From contig KZ538727.1 in the NCBI GenBank assembly GCA_000934665.2, positions 1-51,140 on the forward strand: a DNA stretch of 51,140 nucleotides, in the 5' to 3' direction. Positions 1 through 12,572 of the stretch are shown one piece after another. The notes beneath the pieces are model-generated. The model made no database searches. It had not been told where the DNA came from and was given only the letters and a program-made list of their open reading frames with translations. The number at the start of each line of letters is the position of its first letter. The first letter of the stretch is position 1. This stretch comes from Catajapyx aquilonaris. Its lineage: Eukaryota. Both the position numbers and the translations under genes were made by a program.

Positions 1-442
1 GTATATGCTGAGGATTTTTGTATTATCGCCTTGGATCTTTTCTCTCCCAAAGCACACAGCTTAATGAAGCGATTCACCCCCTGCTTAATGTTTGATGAGT
101 ATGGCGATTAAAATATCCTTGCGAGAAGAGGGGGGCGGTTTTAATTCCAGAAAAAGTGAGAAGCCAGGTGAAAATAACCAGCTGCGAACCAAACATAGGA
201 AGAAAAAAAAAGTGTTGTATGTCGAGAGGAGGATGAGGAGGAAGAAGAGGGCATATAGGGGAGGAGGAAAAACCACATTTCTGTGTGCCCCCCAAATCCA
301 GGCGGGATCAGGCCTCCCTTGTACATAATTCAGGAAGAGCTTGTAGACACACATGCATATGTAATGCAAACACTTTGGCCTGGGGGTTAAGTCCCAGCCG
401 TTAAGCCCCTTCTGGGATGAAAATAGTAGGGGGGGGGGGGGG

Positions 443-525
443 NNNNNNNNNNNNNNNNNNNNNNNNNNNNNNNNNNNNNNNNNNNNNNNNNNNNNNNNNN
501 NNNNNNNNNNNNNNNNNNNNNNNNN
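443..525. other. Assembly gap between poly-G and poly-C (other gaps at 23669-23680, 29016-29020, 38977-39006, 46357-46381)
   Basis: N runs. Confidence 0.99.
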
Positions 526-1913
526 CCCCCCCCCCCCCCCCAACCTTTTGCGTTTTTTTCGGTGTTTCAGTTTTGCAATTATTGTACCTCCGGTTTCCAG
601 CCAATTATATATAACGACGCGACAATTACCAATAAACACCCCAAAGGCATCAAACTGTCCCAATTAATGTAGACCAAAAAAAAAAGACTGCCAAATAAAC
701 ATTATACTAAAAATAAGTTTAGTTCATATTTTAAACATTTTTCCCAAGCTCATTGTTAATTGGCGACCTAGTTTTAAAATTCGGGGGGTGTGCTAAGGAG
801 AGGTGTTTAGTAGTCCGGGGGGCGCCAACTAATTAATTAGAAGCGTGTCGTTGCGTGACGTTTACAGGGGTCTAACTGCTTGAGATATACTTTACTTCTG
901 ACCAGTAATGGGGGAGGGGGAGGGCATTACCTGACTTATTTATAACCGTTTTCGTGGTGTGGAAATTAAGGGGGGGGGGGTCGAGCGGATGTTATATTAG
1001 GCCCGGCCACAATAATGGAAGTAGTGCCAACAATGAAGCCGACTGTGCTATCACTTAGACAGATTTGTGTACAAGTCTGACATTTTTTTGGGTGCTGTGA
1101 CATTTTTGTGAACGTAGCGTAATCCCCTCTGAGTACACCTTTTTTTTCCCCTCTCTCTGTACTGATCCTCTGAGCTCATTGCCAACGAAACTAAGCCAGT
1201 TTGTTGTATTATAACCTAACCTAACGTTTCCCTTGATAACCAGGTACTCGTTTTATTTGTAATTATTTACATTATTTAATTACTGTGTGTGTGTACTTGT
1301 AACAGATGTACAGAGCTGGTGCGCAGGATTTGTGCAAGGTAATTATCGAATGTCTGGTCCGTGGCAGATTGGGCCTAAGCAACCAATAATCAGCTCCACT
1401 GGGAGTGGGAAAGGGGGGGGGGGGTGGATATTGACACGGGGGACGTTAAATGCCGGCAATTTAGTGCAAATTGCGCTGCAGGGAGACAGTGTTGCAGCTC
1501 CGGGGGTCATAAATGGTGACGGGGCTAAGATGGATTCTTGTGGACTTTTGGCTGCGCCGCGCGAGTTTTGTTGGACACATCACGTCAAACCGGGGCCTCA
1601 TTATTGCCGTTCATTTTATACCGCAGTGCATTTAATTAAAATGCAGGAACCCCGATGCGTGTTTACTTGGGCTCTGGTTGACCCGTAAATCTTTTAATGA
1701 ATTCGCTCCCCCCTCCCACCCTTTCCATCCCCTCCATCCGCCGATGATATTGCCTTTTTGGCGAGTGAATTCGCGCGGAAATCAGTCTCGCTGTAATATT
1801 GCATCCAAATTAATATCCGGAAAGGGAGCCCAGCGGTATGTGTGACATGCAGTGACATGGTGGGGGAAAGAGAGAGGAATTTCAGTGCGCACCCACACTC
1901 GCGCAGGTCCATT

Positions 1914-2138
1914 CTGCCGTCAGATATGAGAAGACCGTAACTCAATGTCCACTTCCCCTTGCGGCGAGAAAAAAAAGTAGTGGTACCGAAAGCATCCAAG
2001 AGGTGGAGTTGGGGTGCCGTTCCTTTTTGCCACCTTCCCCCAACGCCACCTCTTGGATGCTTTCGGTAACACTTGCTTTCTTTTCTCGCCGCAAGGGAAG
2101 TTAATATTGAGTTACGGTCTTCTCATATCTGACGGCAG
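1914..2138. mobile_element. Foldback MITE with ~100-bp inverted arms and CATT target-site duplication
   Basis: CTGCCGTCAGATATGAGAAGACCGTAACTCAAT ... ATTGAGTTACGGTCTTCTCATATCTGACGGCAG, flanked by CATT at 1910-1913 and 2139-2142. Confidence 0.85.
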
Positions 2139-2239
2139 CATTGTTGTCACAACTACCCGTAGCCTTGGAAACGGCGCTAACGTCGGCCGCATTGTTCCCC
2201 CTGCCAACCGTAGCGTTGGAAATAGCTGGAGCTCTTACA

Positions 2240-2452
2240 CAGGGTGTTTCAACTTTTTTGTCCGAACAGTTGTCGGAAATATTGCACTATAAGCTGCTAC
2301 TTTGTAAGCAGTGACTTGCAACCGGTTTGTCGGAGGAATGGGGAATATTCCCTGCGAATCTGAGGTTGAAGTGGCATACACTGCTTACAAAGTAGCAGCT
2401 TAGTGCAATATTTTTCCGATAACTGTTCGGACAAAAAAGTTGAAACACCCTG
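2240..2452. mobile_element. Tc1/mariner-type foldback MITE (CAGGGTG...CACCCTG)
   Basis: Long inverted arms CAGGGTGTTTCAACTTTTTTGTCCGAACAGTT ... AACTGTTCGGACAAAAAAGTTGAAACACCCTG. Confidence 0.85.
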
Positions 2453-3706
2453 AATACCAGTTCTTCCACTATCATTGGTAATGCCAACCGTGCACTATGC
2501 GTGAACTGTGATGCGCACTCGGTTACGCTCATCAGCATTGGGCCACAAAATTCTGCCCGATATCTCCACCATTTTAACGGCCAGTTAAGTCACTTTCCGG
2601 CAGAAAAATTTGTGGAAAACAATGTGCTTCGACGTTTTTAATTTAGGTAATGCAGTGGACATATACAATCCAGATGAAATTTTTACATGTTGCCTGTAGT
2701 GTACAGGGTGGTTCACTGCCTCTTTTAAGCACTTGTTTAGTGGAATGTAAATAGCCGTGGACTTGTGGTATGCACCACCCGGTATTGCTGGAGGCTCATG
2801 CACTTCAATTAAAATTAGCCCCCGACCGCGGTACGTACATCCGGCGCAATGTGCGCATTCCCCTGTTGTTGTTGGCCAGCCAAGGATTTATTTTTGCCCC
2901 GGATATCACCCATCATATCAGCGACTCTCATTTTCGCACACACACCCACACACCCACAAAAAATTGAGCAAAAAAAGCTCCCCAGCATCATTTTCCAAAC
3001 AAGAATTAACGCCCCGATTGATTGTCGATGTCCACATTAAATCGAGAGTTAGGGCGTCGCATGGGGGGGCGTCCATGGCACCTATCTGTCTATTGATTGG
3101 GTCCAAAACAGCCAGGCAGTTTTGCCACCCGGGCGTGATTTTTGGAACGCCCGCTCGCCCACACCAAACACCCGAAAATTTTGTGGGCAAGATTACGCGG
3201 TGTGAAACTCAATCAAAAATGGCGGAAACGCACTTGCGGCCATAGGGGGTGATCAGCGGTTTGAGAGTAACTGCCAGTTGCTACGAATAACGACGTGATG
3301 ATGGTCGCCATCGCCAGTGTTGTCCTTTCAAAAAAAATATGGACCCGGAGAACCAATCGGAAGTATTGACGAGGCTCAATTAACCAATCGCCCTCTAATT
3401 GGGCTGATCAATTCGTCGGTGGGGGAATTTAATTTACTTTAGTGTGAAACGGGCGTGTTTACTCTCAATCTGATCTGACCGATGTGGGCACAGTATTAGT
3501 CACGGAGCGATTGAACAGCTAGTTCTCCCCATCCAACTAGGTGCCTGCTGAGTGTGCAAAAATAAATATAACTGAACTTCCAATTAAAGCGTCACAGAAA
3601 TAATTCCAAAATCGTACTAACACTAAGGAACGCAATTAAACTGCTGCTATCCGTTAAAGACATGCTATGAAGCAATTAAATGATGAAATTGTCGTCATTA
3701 AGGCCA

Positions 3707-4375
3707 GTTAGGTAGGACAAATAACACAGATAACTGTTAACAAACTACTTACTAACTAATAACCAACAGTTAACTGTTAACAAACTACTTACTAACTAAT
3801 AACCAACAGTTAACTGTTTGCCAACTAATAATTGACTCTTAACTAATACCAAACTGTTTACCACCTAAGAACCAAGTTATCTAACTGTTAACTAACCTTG
3901 AGTTAACTAATATACCAATTTGGTAAACTTAACTAACCAATAACCAACAGTTAACTAATAGTTAACTAGCTAATAACCAACACATTTAACTGTTAACTAA
4001 CTATTTACTAACTAATAACTAACATTTCACTGTTTGCTACTATAATAACTAACTCTTAACTAATAACAAACAGTTTACTAACTAAAAACCAAGTTGTCTA
4101 ACTGTTAATTAACTAATATCTAACTAATTATTAACTGTTAACTAACGTTTAACTAACCAATAGCCAACAGTTAGCTAACAACTAACAGTTAAGCAACAAA
4201 TAACCAACAATTAACTAATACGTTAGCTAACAAGTAACAGTGAAATAACAATCAGCAATTTAACTTATAGATAACGAACAAATAACAGTAAAATAACAAA
4301 TAACCAACAGTTAACTGAAAGTTAACTACAACGAACAGTAAAATAGTCAACAGTTTACTAATAGAGTTAGGTATG
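3707..4375. repeat. Degenerate AT-rich minisatellite (TAACTAATAACCAACAGT / GTTAAC core)
   Basis: Includes a perfect 40-bp tandem duplication, 3731-3770 and 3771-3810. Confidence 0.9.
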
Positions 4376-6407
4376 AAAATAACTGGCCCCTGAAGTAGCC
4401 CTGAACAATATGATCCGAATAATTTGAACTAATTTTTGCTCCCAGTTGACTCAAAATGACTGCGGCTATAACAGAAGAAATGGCAACGTGACTCTTTCGC
4501 AATAAGTGATATTTGCAGCGTTATAGTCTTCTTTCCTTTTTGTTCTAAAAGCATCCCCCAATTTTTCTGTGGGGGATTCTTCTTCTTCTTCTGTCTTTGC
4601 TGGGAGAGAATTTCTAGGGTGGAGCCCAGCAGGAGAGTCTAGGGGGAAGCGGACGATTTTGGTGGAATCAAGGCGTTCGTCAACACAATCAAGTGCCTGA
4701 CCGGAAAGGAGGCTTTTTCCTCCGGTCCTTCCTCTTTGAAGATGGGCAAAGAAACTGAAGGGAGAGGAGGAGGAGGGGGGGGGGGTTGCTCCTCTTAGCT
4801 GGCTCTCTCTTGGGAAGAGATTCAGCTGCAATAACAGTCGGCTGCAGGAAAGAGCTTAGTGGAGCCCACTGTCAGGCGCATCGCCACTTCTTTCCAGCAC
4901 GGGCCAACACCATTTCTACCCTACTCTTCTTCTTTCCCCCCTCCAAAAAACTGACTCTAGACCTCCCAAGATTTTCCGCCCCCACTGACTCTGCCAACAC
5001 TTTCCCCCCCGGGTACTCTAAGGCCTTCTAATTGCCTGAAAAAAAACCTGCCAGAGATTGAAATCGATGGTGAAGACTGACCGTCAAGGCATAACAATTA
5101 AGAGATATCGAAATTCCGCATAGTATCAGGCGTGTAATTAGATGTTGCCTAAATTCATGGGGTGTCTATATCAGCTTGATCTCACCCCCCACTTTTTTAT
5201 AGCATCATCTCCCCCCCCCCCCTTCCTCGTGGGAAAATGTAGCCAGTGGCATCCANGGGGGGGGGGGGTGAGTTTCCATACCGGATAAACAAGGCATGAA
5301 AACAAACCGTTTTTCGGGTGGGGTCCTGAAATTCTACAGTTCTCTCTCTCCTGGTGGCACAACCAATTTTCCCAACCAGTGACAAATCAATCAGAGTCAT
5401 CAAACTGTTCATAAACGACGCCTATTGTACTCTCTCAGTCCCTGGTCAGCCAATCACACGCGCCCACTGACAACAATGGTTCAAACCAGGCCAACCCTAA
5501 TTTCTGTGGCAAAAATTTGGCAACCTAGCGGGGTCTAAATGAGTCAAATGTCAAGACCCCCCCCCCACCCCACCCTGGAAGTCTTAAATAAAAAAGTTTT
5601 AAACAACACACTTGGAGCAAGACCACGCGATCATTAATCACTCCTAAAGAGCATTGCCCAACAAAAGAGGCCTCCAAATTTTTCCCTCTCTCTTTTCTTC
5701 ACTTTCCCCCCCTTTCTTCTGGCGGAGTTGCCAGTGACAGAACGTCCTTTAAGAGAAAAGAGAGGCCTATACGACGTCAAAGTGCAAGCAGAGTAAATAG
5801 CACAGGGTGGTGCAAGTTTCCAATAGAAATATGACTTATTTTCAATAGTTACTGCAACTGTTGAGCAATTACACTTCAATGAGAGTTGGTTGTTCCTTTT
5901 CTTTAAATCGGTTCTTGGTCAGTGCCCATGCTGCAAATCACTGCGGATTTTCAGAAAGGTCCATCCGAATGCCCGCAGTACTCCATCTTGCAAGACAGCG
6001 TTGATCTGCCGTCATTACAACTAACCTACCCAAGTATTGAGCGCTCCTTTCCGATTCATTTGACCACAACAATGCTATCCGCAAACACATTTTTTTTCCA
6101 TCGGAAGGAAGGGTCGTTAAGGTTGATGAGGACATTGGATGAACAATTGCTCCTTACAAATTACCCTTCAGAAATTTATGGGGAGAAAAAGAAAGTGAAA
6201 AATTTGTCCTGCCTTTGTTACTCGCTGGAGAGATTTTAAAAAAAGAGGATGATTGTCAACAGAGATGGTTATACAACAGGAGTTGTTTTAGTGATATATA
6301 TGAGGACACTCTTATTCCTAAACACGCAGGTTTTAGACAGGTTATTGCCCGTGTTATAAGAGCCGCGATTTCGTCGTTCGGAAGTACAATAGCGATTTGC
6401 TACTCAA

Positions 6408-6858
6408 ATAAGAGCTGCTATTTTAGTAGCAAATCGCTGCTACTTTCGAATGACTAAATCGCTGCTAGTTTTGCCTGTTATAAGAGCTGCTATTTTAGTA
6501 GCAAATAGCTGCTACTTTCGAATGATGAGATCGCTGCTAGTTTTGCCTGTTATAAGAACTGCTATTGTAGTATCAAATAGCTGCTACTTTCGAATGACGA
6601 AATCGCTGCTAGTTTTGCTTGTTATAAGAGCTGTTATTTTAGTAGCAAATAGCTGCTACTTTCGAATGACGAAATCGCTGCTAGTTTTGCCTGTTATAAG
6701 AGCTGCTATTTTAATAGCAAATCGCTCCTACTTTCGAATGACGAAATCGCTGCTAGTTTTGCCTGTTATAAGAGCTGCTATTTTAGTAGCAAATCGCTGC
6801 TACTTTCGAATGACGAAATAGCTGCTAGTTTTGCCTGTTATAAGTGCTGCTAGTTTTG
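6408..6858. repeat. 72-bp tandem repeat, ~6 copies, made of three GCTGCTA-containing subunits
   Basis: Visible periodicity; produces the 24-aa repeating ORF at 6450-6821. Confidence 0.95.
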
Positions 6859-7983
6859 AATAGCAGAATCCTTGTGTTGTGAATCCATGGATGGTGGTCA
6901 GTTTCTGAAGGCTAGATCAGGCCTGGTTATTCAGAGGATGGGGAGGACCATCCCAGGAGCATTAGCAGGATTGGGCTGCTGGCACTAATGACCCCCCCAT
7001 CTCCCACCCCCAACCCCCCAACCCCCTCCTAGAATTAATGGGGTGCAGCGCCCAAGAAATGAAGGCCGCCCGGCGATAAGAGTCCTGATAATTTGATTAG
7101 AGAACCTGGGCTGGCGTAATGAGCAGCGGATGGATCCAGAGGCTGAGACTTCCCTTTATACACCTGCATGACCTCTCTCTCCCCCCCTTCGTTTATCTCC
7201 ATTTATACCCTCGCTTTCTTAATTTTACGCGAGCTTCTTAATAAGGCCTTCCCCTCCTCCCCTTCCCTCCCCCTCCTGAGAAAGGCCACGGCTTTCCAGC
7301 ATCCATAAAGGAAACAATTTGGCCCTTCTCTTTAGATTGGATTAACTGGTCCATTATTTTCATTCTCCGCGCTAATGCTCGGTATCGCTCGCCTCTCTTC
7401 TTGCTTCCGAAAAAAATGGAGGTTCAGAAAGAATGGGGGAAAATAATATTTTGGCTTACGACAGACTCTTGTCTGGTATATGAACACAGTCTGATACAGC
7501 CTACGATACTTCCATCTCCTCGTCCACTCCCGTGTGAACGTCCCCATAAATAAACCATTACACGTGCCACATTACAGTGCCGGATTGTGTTACAGTGTCC
7601 TGTAAGAGAGCCCTGTAGTGCCATAAAATTATGGAGGAATTGATTGCATGCAAGTTTGTATCACTACCTGGGGAACGAAACGAAGAGGCCGGAAGGAGCG
7701 CAACAGGTGTGTGGCTGGGCTTGGCCTAGGCCTACTGCACAGCACTCAATGTGGTATGTCTCTTTCGTTTTGTGGGACACTTGCAGTGCGGTCTGCTGGG
7801 TTGGAATATTCGCAAAAAGGAAGGATTAAAATGGGGGGGGAAAAGAGGGAAGCTCATTATCTCCACGATTGCGAGATCCTTCAGGATTATAGGGAATTTG
7901 TCGGGATTTATTCTGAAGGAAGAGGATAATGTGTAGGGCTGAGCAATCAAAACAACATTCATTATACTGCAGATGATTTTTTT

Positions 7984-8169
7984 TACGAGGAAGTGCGCAC
8001 CCACGCTCGCGCAGTTCCACTGTTCTGGCAACAACGTTGCCACATTCTAGGTTCGTTCCAGAGCATTGACAACGTCACCTAAATTGTTTCCCCCAAGTGT
8101 AGCGTCTAGAGAGTTTACCAGCAACCGTGAATGCTGCGCGAACTGTGGTGCGCACTCGGTTGAGCTCGT
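7984..8169. mobile_element. MITE, AGTGCGCACC-TIR family
   Basis: TACGAG..AGTGCGCACCCACGCTCGCGCA ... TGCGCGAACTGTGGTGCGCACTCGGTTGAGCTCGT. Confidence 0.7.
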
Positions 8170-10924
8170 CTTGTTTATGTACTGGGTAGAAATTATAGAG
8201 CCATAAAAAAGGGGGGGCTGTCCGCACATTGCATTTTCTAGAGCGTAGATTTTACGAAGGGACTTGGCGGGGGGCTGGGGGGAATAGAGAAATCATACAA
8301 TTCCATAAACCAGGGATGGAAATGTGTCTCCCAGTGGGGGAGGCCCAAACCGGCGGCGTGCCTTGCCAAGTGGGCATCCCCTGAGCGAGAATTTATGTTC
8401 GCTGCATCGGGAAGCGAAGAGATTGAGTGACAAGAGAGTAAGGGATAGAGGGACAGTGTCCCTTGGGAGGTCACCACTGCTGCTGGGCCCCCGTCACTGA
8501 CCCCGTCCGAACTAAGTCCATTCCTCATCACCCCTTGTGGGACACTCCTCGTTTTTGAACGAAAAAAAAATTGTCCCTCTGGAAATTCTGAATGAAAAAT
8601 TAGCAATTGAGCTCAATATTGAATCCACCAGTTGGAACCATTTTAAGCGATTTTTTGGGGATGAAATTGTTGTTGAGCGATTTGGACTAGAATGTCGAGT
8701 TTCTGACCACCCTGTGCCGGGTTTAACCTGATTCTCCAATAGTGTCCGGTGCATTTGGTCTAGTCCAACCCCGGCAATTGGGCAGCGCAAACCAAACCAT
8801 CTGAAGGACATGGGGGCCTGGGTGTTCTAAGAGGATTTGTAAACTTGGGTATAGCGATGGTCCCCTGGGGTCATCCTGGGAGTGGGGATCATGTAAGTGT
8901 GGTGTTGGAGGTATAGGGAGAGGAGAGGAAGGGAGGAGGAGGGCTTTAACCCACTTAGGAAAGTGCGATTCAATTTGCTCCATGGCAAGCTCTAACGTGT
9001 TTATTCCACGGGTCTAGAGGGGTAGGTATCAGGCCCTCCCTTATCAATTGCTAATAAGTGCAGCCAACCGCCGGCTGGCTATGCAACTTGCATTGTTTTC
9101 CACGCTAATCCTGTCGCTCAGCCTTCTGTCCTTTAGCTGCACATGTACAGGGTGACTCTGGAGGCACCTCACTTAAGTTAAATTTTATTTTGAACAAAAA
9201 AAATGCAATTGTTCTTTTATGTAAGAATGATCTGTGCATATTTCTCCACAGGGCTCCACAAAATGGATATGAAAATATATGAATAAAGATCCGCATATTT
9301 CGTGCAGTATATTTCGCAATTTTTTTTGAATGTGCCAATATCAGATTTTGTAGACGCCAACTTATGAATGTTGTCGAATACAGGTATTATTGCCAATTTA
9401 TTGGGCTTAGCTCTCTTTGATAAGATTTCAACTTGTTTATGACGTGTACTTTTGAATGCGGCGTCTGAAATCAGGGCACGTATATTTGCAAAAGATGATT
9501 GAAAAGAATTTAATAAGCACAAAATATTGTGAGCATTTCAAAAAAATTGCAAATATTGACTTCCAATGCAAAATGGACACAATAATACGTGAATAATATG
9601 CTTTTTAATAGTGTTCATCGATTATACAAGGTGACATTATTCGCTATTTGCGTGCTGTACATTCCTTGCGTTAATGCTGAATTGTTCGTTACAATTATTT
9701 GTGCAAACTGTACTAATTACTAATCAGCTGGCAACCCATCTTTTGGGGAAAAGACGTGAAGGATGACGATTTTTGATAAAATATGCCATCAAAGTAAAAA
9801 AAAATCTAACTGAAAAGAGCACTTCTTACTTGAGAACTTTAAGAACCTTCTTTTATAGTACCAAGTAGACATTAGACGTATTGTGAGGCCCCGTGTTTGT
9901 TTGTTCGGTGTGTGTGGAGGTGCTTAAGAGGAGCTTCGGATAAAGGGCAGGGCGGTTTGGCAGTGGGACAGAAATGGAAGTAAAACTAATGAAGTAGTAA
10001 TTAAGACGGCGCCAAGGGTGCGAATGGCCTTCGTCTCAATTAGCAGGATGAGAGCGAGAGAGAATCCCCCCCAGTTTGCGCATCACTAATTAATATTCTC
10101 CAAAGCTAAGTAAAATGCATGCAACCCCCCCTCGAATTATTGTGTGAAGTGAGGCCCACTTTACCTCAAAAAGCTCTTTTGAAACACAACATTGGGAGGA
10201 AGAATCTGCTTTAAACATCGCGATTTTGCGAAATTTTTCGCATTTATAGTGACATAGTTTCCAGCGGTTTCCAGCCACTGAACAATTTGAGAGAGTTTTA
10301 TCCTGACTCTTCCACGCAACCAATGCTGCTCTTTTGTGTTGTTGGCTGCCTGACTGTCAGGATATACTCTGCGATGAGCTGCCAGGCATTTAAATCACTT
10401 GTTCAATAGCCATTGAATATTTAGCAGTTAACTCCTTAGAGACAACATATAACAGCACTTAACTGGAAACACCATCTTTTTTTTCTAATGTTTCTTTTGC
10501 ATTGTAATTTTTTAAAAACATATTACGTCTCTTCTTTAATGGAATTAATCATTAAATGTAGTTGATTAAAGATGCAAAATCGGTGTCGATCCTGGCTCAG
10601 AACCGCACCGTGTCGTCGCCCATTATTGGTCCATCCAATGCTGGGGAAGTTAAAAGATTAAAGAGAGAGGTCGTCAGAGAAAGAGCAAAGGGTAGAGACA
10701 GTTGGGGTTAGTTGAGGATCGTGCCAAGAGAAAAGGAGACTGAAGGAAAGGGGGGTTGGAGTAGTGGAGGAGAGGTGTCCAAATGGGGGGAGGACGTCCC
10801 TGGGGCCAAATCCCGAGGGATTAGCGCTGCAAAGCGTTGGCATCCCGGATGCGGAACAACAGGACACGCCTCTCCTTCAGGAATTAGCGGACGGGAACAT
10901 CCCCCCAGCTTAAAGCTCTCTCTA

Positions 10925-10959
10925 TACAGGGTGTCCCCCCATTCTGAGCACACCCTGTA
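10925..10959. mobile_element. Minimal Tc1/mariner-type TIR pair
   Basis: TACAGGGTGT, short spacer, ACACCCTGTA. Confidence 0.55.
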
Positions 10960-12080
10960 CTTTGCATCTCCAGGATCGATCCTATGGAGGCTTCCATCAG
11001 TCCTGGAGACTTGAGAGAAGGAGCCGCGCGATAAACGTCTGCAGGGATATTAATATTGTAGGCATAAACTCCACATAAGTTATCTGCTAATGAATAAGTC
11101 AGGGGAGGAGGAGGAGGAGAAACCGTTTTCTCCGCGGGCTATGTGTCTAGTTATCGCATATTTAGGAGGCTTGGTGGTGAGGAAGGCTGGGGGGGTGAGC
11201 CTAATTAGACGCCGTCATCACGTACTCTCATCCGGATGGGATGAAGGTACGGAGTTTGGCATTGTTGGAAGGTGTAGCAAGAATGTGCGATATTGGGTTG
11301 GTAAACTTTTGCAAAATTGGCTCTCGATATATTACGACTATCTAGTTATTAAAATTCTGTAACAAATCGGCCACAAAGTTACCTGATAATAATTAGTTGC
11401 CTTTGAATCAACTTTTTGAACCTACATTATGTGCACAGTATGTCTCAGGCTACATCCAGCTTGAATTCCGTCTCCACAATGTTCGCGTTTTGTTCTCTGT
11501 ACTACAGTAGAAACAAAAAAAGAGAGAATTTCTGAACAAAAGTTGTGCCTTTTCAACATATCCTCGTCACAAAGTGGATATATCTGTAACCTGGAAGCCA
11601 TGAGAAAGAAGCCTGCATTGCGTCTAGGTATGGCCCGAGGATATGCAGAAGGTTCTATCGGATATCCCATCCATAGTCCGGGGTGGTGTCTGGCCCAGGA
11701 CCAAAACCCAGGGGCAGTCCTGGACCACTTCCTCTCCCCCCCCCCTCCCCTCCCACATTTTCTGAAAGCATAGGATGGGCATAAAAAGGAATGGGTGTTT
11801 GGGAGGGGAGGGGTTGGATGTGCTGTGCAAGCCACTCACCCCTTTCTAAACTACGCTCCGTTTCCTTTTGGCTCGGGTTCAATCGGCCGCAAAACTGGGG
11901 CCTGGGAAAGGATCACTCACTGTTGGCACCCTTGCACATGTGAATCACACCCAAGTCGCGATAACTGTAGCTCTGATCTTTTTTTTAAAAAAAAAAATCT
12001 TCGCAAGGTTAGGACTATTGTTAGCCTGATTCGAGTATACCAGAAAGCATAAAATCATATTTAAGAATATATACAATGTA

Positions 12081-12572
12081 TCTATATTATAAATAGCAAA
12101 GTTTGTTTGTCCATAGCAACAGGATTACCATGGCAACGGATTACCATGGCATCAAAAAAAAACAATGATTATTGTTGATTACTTGACCATGGATACCGGC
12201 CGTGAAAAGAACCCGTTGCTAGTTTCTACATATATGTAAAAGGCACTCTTTGGGACATAAGTTATCTCAAATACCTACGCATCTTTAATATAAAAGGCAA
12301 AGTTTGTTGGCTTGTTTGCCGAATAAGTGCCCAATTTATTCATACCCATTTTGTGATTGATTGCTGTTGATTACATGGCCATGGAAACAGGACATGCGAC
12401 GAACGGGCTCCGCTGCTAGTATATCTACATATGTAAAAGGGAAAGTTTGTTTGCATGTTTTGCTCATTTTGTACCCAACTTATACCCATTTCGTACCCAA
12501 TTTATGATTGATTGATTGTTGATTACCTTGCCATGGAAACAGGCCGTCTGAGGTACTGTTTCCCTCTGGTAG
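12081..12572 (+). mobile_element. Three clustered head-to-tail non-autonomous Helitrons (12081-12222, 12282-12419, 12424-12572)
   Basis: Each starts A|TC...TAAA(A)..AAAGTTTGTT and ends CTAG|T (third GTAG|T); shared internal TGATTG..GTTGATTAC..CCATGGA. Termini resemble insect Lep1-like Helitrons. Confidence 0.75.

Larger units (their letters stand above)
1884..2530. mobile_element. Host MITE (AGTGCGCACC-TIR family) carrying two nested MITEs
   Basis: Ends AGTGCGCACCCACACTCGCGCA ... TGCGTGAACTGTGATGCGCACTCGGTT; colinear with uninterrupted copies at 7984-8169 and 20741-20970. Confidence 0.7.

Noticed and set aside
85..663. ORFs spanning the N-gap with poly-Gly/Pro
   Set aside because: Artefacts of homopolymers and Ns.
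6450..6821. 123-aa repetitive ORF
   Set aside because: By-product of a 72-bp (3n) tandem repeat; no splice or homology support.
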